A stretch of DNA of 64,000 nucleotides, taken from NCBI GenBank assembly GCA_021798195.1, contig JAJZYH010000001.1, positions 80,390 to 144,389 on the forward strand. The letters run 5' to 3'. Shown here piece by piece: positions 16,816 to 24,753 of the stretch; position 1 is the stretch's first letter, and each line of letters opens with the position of its first letter. The notes under the pieces are model-generated. The model did no database searches. It saw nothing but the letters and a program-made list of their open reading frames with translations, and had not been told where the DNA came from. Origin of the DNA: Thermoplasmata archaeon. Its GTDB lineage: Archaea; Thermoplasmatota; Thermoplasmata; Lutacidiplasmatales; UBA184. A program made the translations under genes and the position numbers.

Positions 16816-17157
16816 TTGGGCAAGGTCGGCTTCTGGGGCCGATCGTACGCACAGTTCAGATCGCTGCCGGCCGAGATTCAGATCGCCTTCGAATGGGCCA
16901 TCCTGGAATTGGCCGCGGACCCCGCTTCCTTCCCCGAGTCGCGAGATACTAGACTTGTCGTGGTGACCGAGTCGATGTGCGGCCCCTCCGGATTGCGCAG
17001 GATCAAGGTCACACGGTCCAGCGAGGACCCGGGCTTTCGGGGGATCTATTTCTTCGACGGCTCAGAGGTGAACTTTCTGCGTTTCTCCTTCCGCGACCCC
17101 GACACCTATCGAAGGATCGACCGCGAGCTGACCCGCTTGCTTGCCTCGCTGAAATAG
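16816..17157 (+). CDS. RelE/ParE-superfamily toxin-like protein
   Basis: 113 aa with a TTG start. RIKVTRSSEDPGFRGIYFFDGSEVNFLRFSFRDPDTY matches the RelE-type pattern (R..v.....YR.iY..d...v.il....R...Y). Confidence 0.5.
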   Translation: MGKVGFWGRSYAQFRSLPAEIQIAFEWAILELAADPASFPESRDTRLVVVTESMCGPSGLRRIKVTRSSEDPGFRGIYFFDGSEVNFLRFSFRDPDTYRRIDRELTRLLASLK

Positions 17158-17217
17158 CATGGCACTGGGCCAGAGCACCGCCCAGGCCCCGAATTCTCGT
17201 TTTGAGTTCGCTCCATC

Positions 17218-17861
17218 TCAAACTCCTTGCTGCCTGCGAAGCCAGAGCACCGCGGTCTCATGGTGCTTCTCGGTGGCCAGATCGAGAGGAGTCATTCCAC
17301 CTGCGGCCCTGGCCCCAAGGTTTGCGCCGGAAGTCGGCAGGAGCTCCAAGGTCCCCGTTCTCCGCGGCGAGGTGCGCAGCCGTGAAGCCGGCGTGGGAAC
17401 GAGGATTGACGTCGGCCCCGGAGTCGACGAGCATCTTCGCAAGGAGTGGTTTCCGGCCCGCGATGGCTGCCTGCAGGGATTGGTTGGAAATGGCATTACG
17501 GGAGACCGTGTCCCCCTTTGCGCCGTGACGTTAGGAGGAACTGCGCGACCTCGGGCTTTCCCAGGTGTGCTGGGAGATGGAGCGCCGTCCATCCGTCATG
17601 GCGGAAAGCCCGGACGAGCTCAGGGTCCTGCGGGAGGAGCTTCTCAACTCGCTCTACGTCCCCCAATGAGGCCGCTTCGAAGATGTCCGGAGTGGTTCGC
17701 CTCGCGATCAGGTCAGCGATGTCGGTAGCCCCCTGCCTACACCGAGACCATGAGGGGAAAGAACTCCTCCCCCAGGTCCCTATCGAGCGGGCGCGGGTTA
17801 TCGTCCGGGAGAGTTCTGACCGGGGTGCGATCTCGCGATTGAATGACTGCTTCGAGGGCAT
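17218..17861 (-). pseudogene. ankyrin-repeat protein gene disrupted by at least two frameshifts
   Basis: Ankyrin-repeat sequence continues across three minus-strand frames. First, DIFEAASLGDVERVEKLLPQDPELVRAFRHDGWTALHLPAHLGKPEVAQFLL. Second, by my own translation, RHGAKGD...LLAKMLVDSGADVNPRSHAGFTAAHLAAENG. Third, LELLPTSGANLGARAAGGMTPLDLATEKHHETAVLWL. Confidence 0.6.
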
Positions 17862-17949
17862 GCCTCTCCCGGGGTCGAGACATGATCGATTGTCCAGGGG
17901 GATACGGTCGTGGCCGGGATTTCAATCCTTGGTGAACCGGCAGAATGAA

Positions 17950-18335
17950 ACCTTTCTCCCCGACGAGCGGCGTGAGCCTCCGGGATAGGTGATCGACATC
18001 GCATGAGGCGTCCACGAGCTTTGCCACTTCGCGCGCGATGTGTCGAAGGCCGGGAGGCCGCCACGAACCGGAGCTCGCGAGCCCCAGCGCCCTGGGGAGA
18101 CTGTGCCTCAGTCCAGCTTCCGATGTCCGTGGTCGTCGCCCGAGGGGCCGCGAAATTCGACGACCCAGATCCCCTGCGGACCGATATACCCGCACCCAAC
18201 GCTGCGCCGTGTCGACCCCACTCCGAGTAGCGATGCCGCCTGCCGTGGAGGGACACCAGAATTCACGAGAGCTACGGTGAGCACCCTGGTGTCGAGATCT
18301 CTCGTTCGGCTCCCTGCCTTGCGTGTCATGATCAA
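17950..18335 (-). mobile_element. degraded IS630/Tc1-like transposase N-terminal (HTH) remnant, with no DDE domain
   Basis: DLDTRVLTVALVNSGVPPRQAASLLGV in one frame, and DTAQRWVRVYRSAGDLG...GRRPR...GLRHIAREVAKLVDASCDVDHLSRRL in another. Together they resemble the two HTH modules of IS630-family transposases. The boundaries are approximate. Confidence 0.3.
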
Positions 18336-18559
18336 GAGACCCGAGGGTCCGTCCGGTCCAAGGTGCTTCGTACGGTTCCCAAGGACGGAGGCCCCTCTTC
18401 CGTGCTCCTCGAAGAGGATCCGCAGGCTCCGGCATCAGTACGGGCGTGTTCCCCGGATTCGAGCCATTCTGGGGTCGGGCCCCTGCGGGCCCGGGCCCGG
18501 GAGGGCTTGAACCCTCATGTCCTGAGGGGGGTGATAACCCTCTTCCGACCTCGAACCTA

Positions 18560-19301
18560 TCAAGCGGCTCTCTTTGAGAACCCCGACATCCGCAGGTGGC
18601 ACGCCAACGTCGCCCAGGGGTCCTTCGCCTCGGGGGCATGCCGCGCGAGGGGTCTCGCGATGACCCCGTGCTTGTGCGCGAGCCCCGACCTGTCGAGACC
18701 GGTCCCACGGCCGACGAGCTCCGGCGGGTCCCCCCGGTCATCGCGCAGAGGAGCGCGATGGCGCAGGTGGTGTTCCCGATGCCCATCCCCCCCGGGGCGA
18801 GGAGGTCGACCCCCTGGTCGAGGAGGACGTGCGCGGCCCGGCGCCCCGCCTCCACCGCCCGCTCGGCTGCCTCCCTCGACATCGCCCCTCCTTCGCGAAG
18901 TTCCGGGTCCCGGGGGCCAGCCGAAGGTCCAGGAAGTTCTCGCGGGGGAGGAAGCGAGGACCCTTCACACCCACGTCGACCACCAGAATGTCGGCGCGGA
19001 CGAGACGCGCGAGGACGCTTGTGGCAGTCCCCCCGCCCAGGAAGCTGTCGACCATGGCGTGGGTCACGCTCGGAGGGTAGGCGGAGACCCCTTCCTCGGT
19101 AACCCCGTGGTCCGCCGCGAGGACCACGATCCCCTTGCGGGTCACCTTCGGCCGTGGGTCCCCGCGTATCCCCGCGAGAGCGATCCCGCGTTCCTCCAGC
19201 CGTCCCAGGCTCCCCTCCGGCTTCGTGAGGTTGTCCCACCGCTGCTTCGCCAGAGTGCGGCCACGCCCGTCGATGGGCGGTAGCTTCCAGTTCCGTCCCA
19301 A
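18560..19301 (-). pseudogene. cobT: cobT (nicotinate-nucleotide:dimethylbenzimidazole phosphoribosyltransferase), frameshifted twice and lacking its C-terminal third
   Basis: Segment 1: LTKPEGSLGRLEE...VVLAADHGVTEEGVSAYPPSVT...VVDVGV. Segment 2, in another frame: AMSREAAERAVEAG...GGMGIGNTTCAIALLCAMTG. Segment 3, in a third frame: DPPELVGRGTGLDRSGLAHKHGVIARPL...DPWATLA, then a stop. Both frame changes fall in G-runs. Confidence 0.6.
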
Positions 19302-19598
19302 GGCCGCTCCCTTCCGGGAGGGGTCCCACCAAGGTCGAGGATACTTGAACGTCGTTGGGTCGGGAGATCGCCGTTCGCTCTACGGACCGCCGACAAAGGA
19401 TGAGGCGCGGTCCTTCGACCGTGGCGACCCCCGCACGGTTCGACCGCGAGCGCGGGTCGTTCTGCCCCGCAACCCGCTGGAGCGCCGGAGGAGCCGGAAG
19501 CGACTCTGGCCACGGCGAGGTGACTCCCAGGGTCGTCGGTGGGGTCGCCGAAAGGCGGCGAACCCGTAGCGCCTCGGACGAGGTCAGGCCCGTGCGGG

Positions 19599-20609
19599 CT
19601 ATCGGGGGTCACGCAGGTACCGACGGGCGAGGTGGACGAGCAGCGCGAAGGTTCCCACCAGAAAGAGGAGCAGAGGGTAGTCGCCCCCAACGAAGACCAG
19701 AACGAGCCCCCAGGGGAGGGCCCATGCTAGGAGGCCGAGGGCCAGGAAGGACTTCTGCGCCCCGTTGTTCACTTGGCCCATCCATCGGACCACGAGCGAA
19801 AGCGCGAGCCCGCCGAAGAGGAGCTCTCCCCCGACCAGGGCCAAGGGGAAAGGGAATAGATGCGACCCGACGGTGTAAACCGCGCCCCATCCCGCGGCGA
19901 TGCCCGCACCCAATGCGAAGAACCTCCAGGGTTTTCCGGTGGCCCCGGTCGTTCGAGGATAGAGAAGGCTCCCGGGCATACCACGGGCCAGCACCACGCA
20001 GAGGCCCATCGTGATGAGCAAGAGCGCCAGGGTGGGATATCCTTCGAAGTACCCAGGGTCGTAGCGCAGGTAACCGACGAGGGTCGAAACGGAGAGGACG
20101 ATCAGAGCAACTACCATGCCGGTCGTCCCCAGGAAGTCCCGCTGCCGGGTCTGCGGTTCGGTGAGATCGACGAGCAGGATCGGAAGCCCGATGCTGTAGA
20201 CGGCGTGGAAGAGGTCGAGGCTCACGGCCCAGACCGTGTTGATGCCGAGGATGCGGCTGAAAGGGCCGACCAACGGCACCGCGCTCCGTGCCGGGTCGAC
20301 CATGGTCTTCAGGGCGATGCCCTCCTCCGCGATCCCGTAGGCGAGACCCAGAAGGAGGATGCTTCCCCAACCGTTCCCCCAACGCCGAGCGACCTCGCGG
20401 ATCAGAAGGACCCCGGCCCCGTAGAAGCCCAAGAGCCCGAGGTCGTTGATCGGGTCGGCCAGGGACCAGACGGAGGTCGAGCCGGTAAAGAACTCGGCGA
20501 AGATGATGGAGAGCAGAACGAGAAGCCCCGGAGCCTTCAGCCGTTTCCATCGAGGGGAAGGTAGGGATGGGTTCGGAGCGTCTGCGCTCCCTAAAGGGGG
20601 GGCGGTCAC
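19599..20609 (-). CDS. polytopic integral membrane protein, function unknown
   Basis: The C-terminal roughly 336 aa of the 487-aa ORF are strongly hydrophobic, with 8 or more helices. The start is uncertain (GTG 20609 proposed), and the upstream part of the ORF is Arg/Pro-rich. Confidence 0.5.
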   Translation of the reverse strand: MTAPPLGSADAPNPSLPSPRWKRLKAPGLLVLLSIIFAEFFTGSTSVWSLADPINDLGLLGFYGAGVLLIREVARRWGNGWGSILLLGLAYGIAEEGIALKTMVDPARSAVPLVGPFSRILGINTVWAVSLDLFHAVYSIGLPILLVDLTEPQTRQRDFLGTTGMVVALIVLSVSTLVGYLRYDPGYFEGYPTLALLLITMGLCVVLARGMPGSLLYPRTTGATGKPWRFFALGAGIAAGWGAVYTVGSHLFPFPLALVGGELLFGGLALSLVVRWMGQVNNGAQKSFLALGLLAWALPWGLVLVFVGGDYPLLLFLVGTFALLVHLARRYLRDPR

Positions 20610-21098
20610 CTTCCGTACGGGGGGTTTCCCGGACCCCGGTAACGTTGTGCCGGGACCTGTGGTGACACCCGCGAGGCTCTCCGTGCCCCGGCGACGGGTC
20701 CCGTACGGTCGGATCTGGAAAGGAAGGACCCGGTGCCCCTCCCTTCCCTGGCCCGGGGTGCGTGCGGTCCGATCGGGGTCGTGCAACGCCTTCCCCCACG
20801 CCTCGATCGGCCGGTCCCTGATGAACATCCTCGGGCTCGTCCTCTGGTGCGGCTCGTCGACCCCTTGGCAGAGGAGTTTCGCTGCATCCCTTCCGCACGA
20901 TAAGGCTCTTCCGGGCTCAGGGTGGGTGGATTCCTGCCGGAATCCGTAGGGACCGGTTCGTCGCACTTGCCTCTCCTCCTCGAGAAGAGGGGCTGAGAAC
21001 AACGTGTTGGGAAGGAAGGGCGCCCCCCTCTCCCATCCTCCTCTCCCTCGAGGGCTATCCACCCGAAGGCCGGAAAGGCCCCTCTTTCCCCTTGGTCA

Positions 21099-21527
21099 AT
21101 GAGTGTGATCCCGACCCCCCGTCGATCGTCGCCAACCCCAGCGAGGCCAGTCTCGGAGCGGACGGGAGGGGACCTTTGTCCCAACTTCGCCAGCGTGGAG
21201 ATCATTGGCACCAAGTGGCGGCTCCTGGTCATCCGACACCTGCTCCAAGGTCCGCGCAGGTTCAACGAGCTTCTACCGGGAATCCCTGGCCTGAGCGCGA
21301 AGACGCTGAGCTCGACCCTCAGGTTCCTAAGGAGGGCCCGTGTGCTCGAACGTCATGTGACCGACGGCAACCCTGTGCAGGTCGCCTACAACCTCACCAG
21401 CGACGGTCGTGCCCTGGGTAACCTCATCGAGGAGATACGCGCCTGGGGGGGAACACCGGGTGCTCCCCCGCTGGGAGCGGAACGGACCGGGCTCCGGGAG
21501 AACTCCCAGGGCAAGGCCCTCCAGTAG
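21099..21527 (+). CDS. HxlR-family winged-helix transcriptional regulator
   Basis: CPNFASVEIIGTKWRLLVIRHLLQGPRRFNELLPGIPGLSAKTLSSTLRFL matches the HxlR signature. Confidence 0.75.
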   Translation: MSVIPTPRRSSPTPARPVSERTGGDLCPNFASVEIIGTKWRLLVIRHLLQGPRRFNELLPGIPGLSAKTLSSTLRFLRRARVLERHVTDGNPVQVAYNLTSDGRALGNLIEEIRAWGGTPGAPPLGAERTGLRENSQGKALQ

Positions 21528-21838
21528 GCCCCCCGAGGTGGACGGACCCCGCGACCGGGAAGGATCCCCGGGGGTAAGCAGGTCTCGGGCGAGAGAGTTG
21601 ATGGGGTTCGCTCCCGGATCGTGTCATATCCTCCACGGACCCCGTCGAGACGCGGACCCCTCCAGGAGATGGGAACAGTGGGCGGCACCCGTGGGTGCGA
21701 ATCCAAGAAGAAGCCGTGATGGGACGGTCTTGGTGCGGCTCTCCCAACCTCTTCTCCCTTCGATCTTCTCGATGGGTCTCGGGCGGACCTCTCCGCTCAC
21801 GTACGCTCTAAGCGCACGGGCTCATGGCGCGCTTCGCG

Positions 21839-21911
21839 CGGCCTGTAGCTCAGTCGATAGAGCAGGCGGCTCGTAACCGCAAGGTTCAGGATTCGAAATC
21901 CTGCAGGCCCG
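21839..21911 (+). tRNA. tRNA with CGU (Thr) anticodon on a tRNA-Lys-like body; possible pseudo or remoulded tRNA
   Basis: Differs at 7 of 73 positions from tRNA-Lys(CUU) at 16377. The anticodon loop is CTCGTAA. The T stem carries a compensated change (CAGGA/TCCTG). Position 1:72 is a C-C mismatch. I saw no obvious upstream TATA box. Confidence 0.55.
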
Positions 21912-22107
21912 GACCCGACCCAAGAGACCGACCGTTCCCAACGCGCCGAACCGGATGGAAGGCCACGGGACCTTTGGGCGACTTCACTTCCGATGCGCGA
22001 GACGGGGTAGGTTGGCAAGGTCCCTTGGTTTTCCCCGCACTCCGCAGGGGAACGAGCCCCAACGGCGGAGATGGAGGAGGAGGGCCCGACCGGGGAAAGG
22101 AACCATC

Positions 22108-22383
22108 TCACTTGTAGGTGGACTGGTAGGTCGTCCCCTCGTCATCCCAGATGGTGATGCAACTGCCCTCGCATTCCGTGAGGCATGCGTTGCACAGGAT
22201 GCAGTCCGGCCCGTTCTCGGCCACGGACTTCTCCCCGCGGAATTGGAACTTCGCCCCCACTTCCGGATCGTCCACGACATCCGGGAATTCGGAACGGGGA
22301 TGCATCACGAACACGTTCACGGGGCAGACATCGAAGCAGTGCCGGCACCCGGTGCACTTCTCGATCTGCACCTTGACGTCCAT
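22108..22383 (-). CDS. 2x[4Fe-4S] ferredoxin
   Basis: CTGCRHCFDVCP and CILCNACLTEC cluster motifs. The internal ATG (MDVKVQIEKC) was chosen as the start. Confidence 0.8.
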   Translation of the reverse strand: MDVKVQIEKCTGCRHCFDVCPVNVFVMHPRSEFPDVVDDPEVGAKFQFRGEKSVAENGPDCILCNACLTECEGSCITIWDDEGTTYQSTYK

Positions 22384-22393
22384 GAGGACCCCC

Positions 22394-22804
22394 TCACCAT
22401 CTCGGCATGCACCCGGCGTGCCCCAGCTGGAGGTTCTGTGGAACGTTGAGGCCACCCTCCCGCGGGTGGACCCGGGGGGACATGGACATCGTGAGGGCCT
22501 CTGGTCGGGGGGGTTCGGGGGCCTTGGGGATCGCGATGTCTCCCCGGCATACGGCGCACGTGGGACCGTGCCGCTTCAATTCCCATTGAAGGGCCACCAG
22601 GTACATGCTGGGGGTGGGGCGGAAGACTCCGGCCGCGGATGCCCTCCACTGTTTCTCGTGCCGGCGCGCCATCTCGGTGAGGGCCTTCTCCAGGGGGCGC
22701 TCGCGGCCCGGGAAATAGAGGCTCGCGAGGCGATCCGCCTCCCTTCTCACCCACTCCTCCGGGTCCGTCATCCCACTTCGGGTCCCCACACCCCCAGGGT
22801 ACAT
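22394..22804 (-). CDS. hypothetical protein
   Basis: 136-aa ORF immediately upstream of the ferredoxin gene on the same strand. No motif recognised. Confidence 0.3.
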   Translation of the reverse strand: MYPGGVGTRSGMTDPEEWVRREADRLASLYFPGRERPLEKALTEMARRHEKQWRASAAGVFRPTPSMYLVALQWELKRHGPTCAVCRGDIAIPKAPEPPRPEALTMSMSPRVHPREGGLNVPQNLQLGHAGCMPRW

Positions 22805-22985
22805 TTAGGCTGCCCCAGTCGAGTCTCGTTCAAAATCAGGGGCGATGGGTTGGCGGAAACGGGTCACGGCTTCTTTTTGTTCTTGCAACCGCAGGTGTCG
22901 CACATGGACTCCCCCGCCCACTCGATTTCCACGCAGGCCATCCCACTCTCGACGAAACGTCTAGATGCGGGGTTCCCTTCCCGGC

Positions 22986-23813
22986 TCAGGAGTGCATTTC
23001 CACGATCTTCTTCTCGATCACGGCGAGGGTGACGGACAGGGTGGAGATGGCGAGGCCGAGCTTCTCCGCGAGATCGGTGAGGGAAATCCGTCGGGGCACA
23101 TCGAAGTAGCCCTCGGTCATCGCCTGGTGGAGGATCTCCTCCTGTCGGGGCGTGAGAAGGGAGGGCCGGCGTGGCGGGGGTCCGCGGTGGATCGCTTCCA
23201 GTTGCAAGCCGGTGGAATCGTGCGCAAGTTCGTTCAACAGCTCCCGGACCTTGTCTTCGGGACCCACCACCGTCCAGGCCGCCACGCCGTTCCTCACCGG
23301 GAACGGGAAATGTCGGAGAAGCTTCAAGCGTTTCAGGATGGGAACGAAGGTACGTCCTCGGTAGTAGACCCGGAAGACGGCCGAGGACTCCGTGGCCTCG
23401 ATGAGTTCCACCTCCTCCACGCGGGGGAGGGAACGGATCTCCTCCCCCCATCTTCCCCTTTCACCGGGCCGGATCTGGACCTCGAAGAGCGTGGCGCCCC
23501 CGTCCAGCTCCAAGCGGTCCAGGACGTCCAGGCGGACTTCCGGGTGGTTCACCGTGAAGGTCCTCAGCCACAGCTCCTTGGGGAGGGTCACCTTCAACCG
23601 GCAGGAGACGACAACCGGCCCCTCGGGAGGATGCGGGGGCCCCTCCGGATGACGACGTCTTCCCCCATGAGCCGTTCCCTGATCTTTCGAGGGGCCCTTC
23701 CGCGGGGCATGCGGCGGAACCTTCCGGGCCCCTCCCCGGACTCGGCCCCTTCCGTTCACGTGGATCCCCTCCCTCGACGGGACCGAATGGTCTAGCCGAA
23801 CATCCCATATCAT
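22986..23813 (-). CDS. HTH_10 (bacterio-opsin-activator-type) transcriptional regulator, paralog 1
   Basis: C-terminal LTPRQEEILHQAMTEGYFDVPRRISLTDLAEKLGLAISTLSVTLAVIEKKIV. The N-terminal domain is shared with paralogs 2 and 3. It is the 3' part of a 543-aa ORF. The ATG at 23813 was chosen, but the start could be further downstream. Confidence 0.75.
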   Translation of the reverse strand: MIWDVRLDHSVPSREGIHVNGRGRVRGGARKVPPHAPRKGPSKDQGTAHGGRRRHPEGPPHPPEGPVVVSCRLKVTLPKELWLRTFTVNHPEVRLDVLDRLELDGGATLFEVQIRPGERGRWGEEIRSLPRVEEVELIEATESSAVFRVYYRGRTFVPILKRLKLLRHFPFPVRNGVAAWTVVGPEDKVRELLNELAHDSTGLQLEAIHRGPPPRRPSLLTPRQEEILHQAMTEGYFDVPRRISLTDLAEKLGLAISTLSVTLAVIEKKIVEMHS

Positions 23814-23876
23814 CCCATTCCCTCCGGGAAGCTGCTTGTGGCGCCCGTCCGCCAGAGAGTTCCTCTCGGGGCATGC

Positions 23877-24227
23877 ATGATCCGGATCAAGAGAGCCTAC
23901 GAACCCCCTTCGCCGGAGGACGGCCGCCGGATCCTCATCGACCGCCTCTGGCCCCGCGGAGTGCGGAAGGAGGAGGCGCGGATCGATGAATGGCGGAAGG
24001 AGCTGGCACCCAGTGACCAGCTCCGGAGATGGTTCGGGCACGAGCCCGCGAAGTTCCCGGAGTTCCGGGAACGCTACCGAAAGGAACTCCTGCGCCAGAG
24101 GGACTCCCTCGCAGCCCTGGCCATCGAGGCCGAGCGGAGCGTCGTGACGCTCGTCTATGCCGCCAAGGATAGCGAGCACTGCAATGCCACCGTCCTGAAG
24201 GAACTCCTCGAGGAAAGCATCCAGTGA
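23877..24227 (+). CDS. DUF488 family protein
   Basis: MIRIKRAYEPPSPEDGRRILIDRLWPRGVRKEEARIDEWRKELAPS...LVYAAKDSEHCNA is typical of DUF488/YeaO-like proteins. Confidence 0.7.
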   Translation: MIRIKRAYEPPSPEDGRRILIDRLWPRGVRKEEARIDEWRKELAPSDQLRRWFGHEPAKFPEFRERYRKELLRQRDSLAALAIEAERSVVTLVYAAKDSEHCNATVLKELLEESIQ

Positions 24228-24246
24228 CCGGGTTGGGGGACCGAGC

Positions 24247-24753
24247 GTGCCCGAAGAGGATGCGGAGAAGGACTCCTTCACCGCGTTGGGGGAGGCGCTG
24301 GAACAGGACCATCGCCGCCTGGATGACCTGTGGGAGATGGCCACTCGGGAGTGGCGGGAGGATCCCGAGCGGTCCCGGGCCCACTTCCGGACCTTCTCCC
24401 GGGGTCTCCGGACGCACATCCAAGCAGAGGAAGACGTCCTGTTCCCGTTCTTCGAGGAACACGGTGGGGAAGGGGCCCCCCAACTCACCGACCTCCTGCG
24501 CGAGGAACATGGCCGGATCCGGGAAGCCCTGAGTGCACTCCTGCGGGAGGTCGAAGAAGGGGCGCCGGACTTGGAGGCGGAGAACACGGCGCTCCAGGAT
24601 GCTCTCTGGGCCCACAACGCGCGGGAGGAGAGTCAGCTCTACCCGTGGTTCGACGCGCACGCGACGCGGGGGGCGGCGAAGGAGGTCTCCCAAGAGATCC
24701 TCTTTCGGCTCGCCGGAACCAGGGGTGCCGTCGATCAATCCAGGGAGGGATGA
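24247..24753 (+). CDS. hemerythrin-like (HHE cation-binding) domain protein
   Basis: 168 aa with a GTG start. Spaced H/E ligand pattern (LEQDHRRLDD..., RTHIQAEEDVLFPFFE, LREEHGRIRE, WAHNAREESQLYPWF). Confidence 0.65.
   Translation: MPEEDAEKDSFTALGEALEQDHRRLDDLWEMATREWREDPERSRAHFRTFSRGLRTHIQAEEDVLFPFFEEHGGEGAPQLTDLLREEHGRIREALSALLREVEEGAPDLEAENTALQDALWAHNAREESQLYPWFDAHATRGAAKEVSQEILFRLAGTRGAVDQSREG

Noticed and set aside
17737-19332. 531-aa minus-strand ORF
   Set aside because: It is a composite reading frame. Only short parts are meaningful (the middle segment of the frameshifted cobT and part of the IS630-like remnant). The rest is Arg/Pro/Gly filler, so it is not a single gene.
19302-19598. 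Cobalamin riboswitch upstream of cobT
   Set aside because: No B12-box (GCCACTG-like) or conserved core could be found on the relevant strand, and such riboswitches are not established in archaea.
21528-21838. SRP (7S) RNA next to the tRNA
   Set aside because: CCGGGAAGG and GTAAGCAGG superficially resemble the helix-8 GGAA/AGCA motifs. However, the spacing and closing pairs do not fit the conserved helix-8 structure on either strand.
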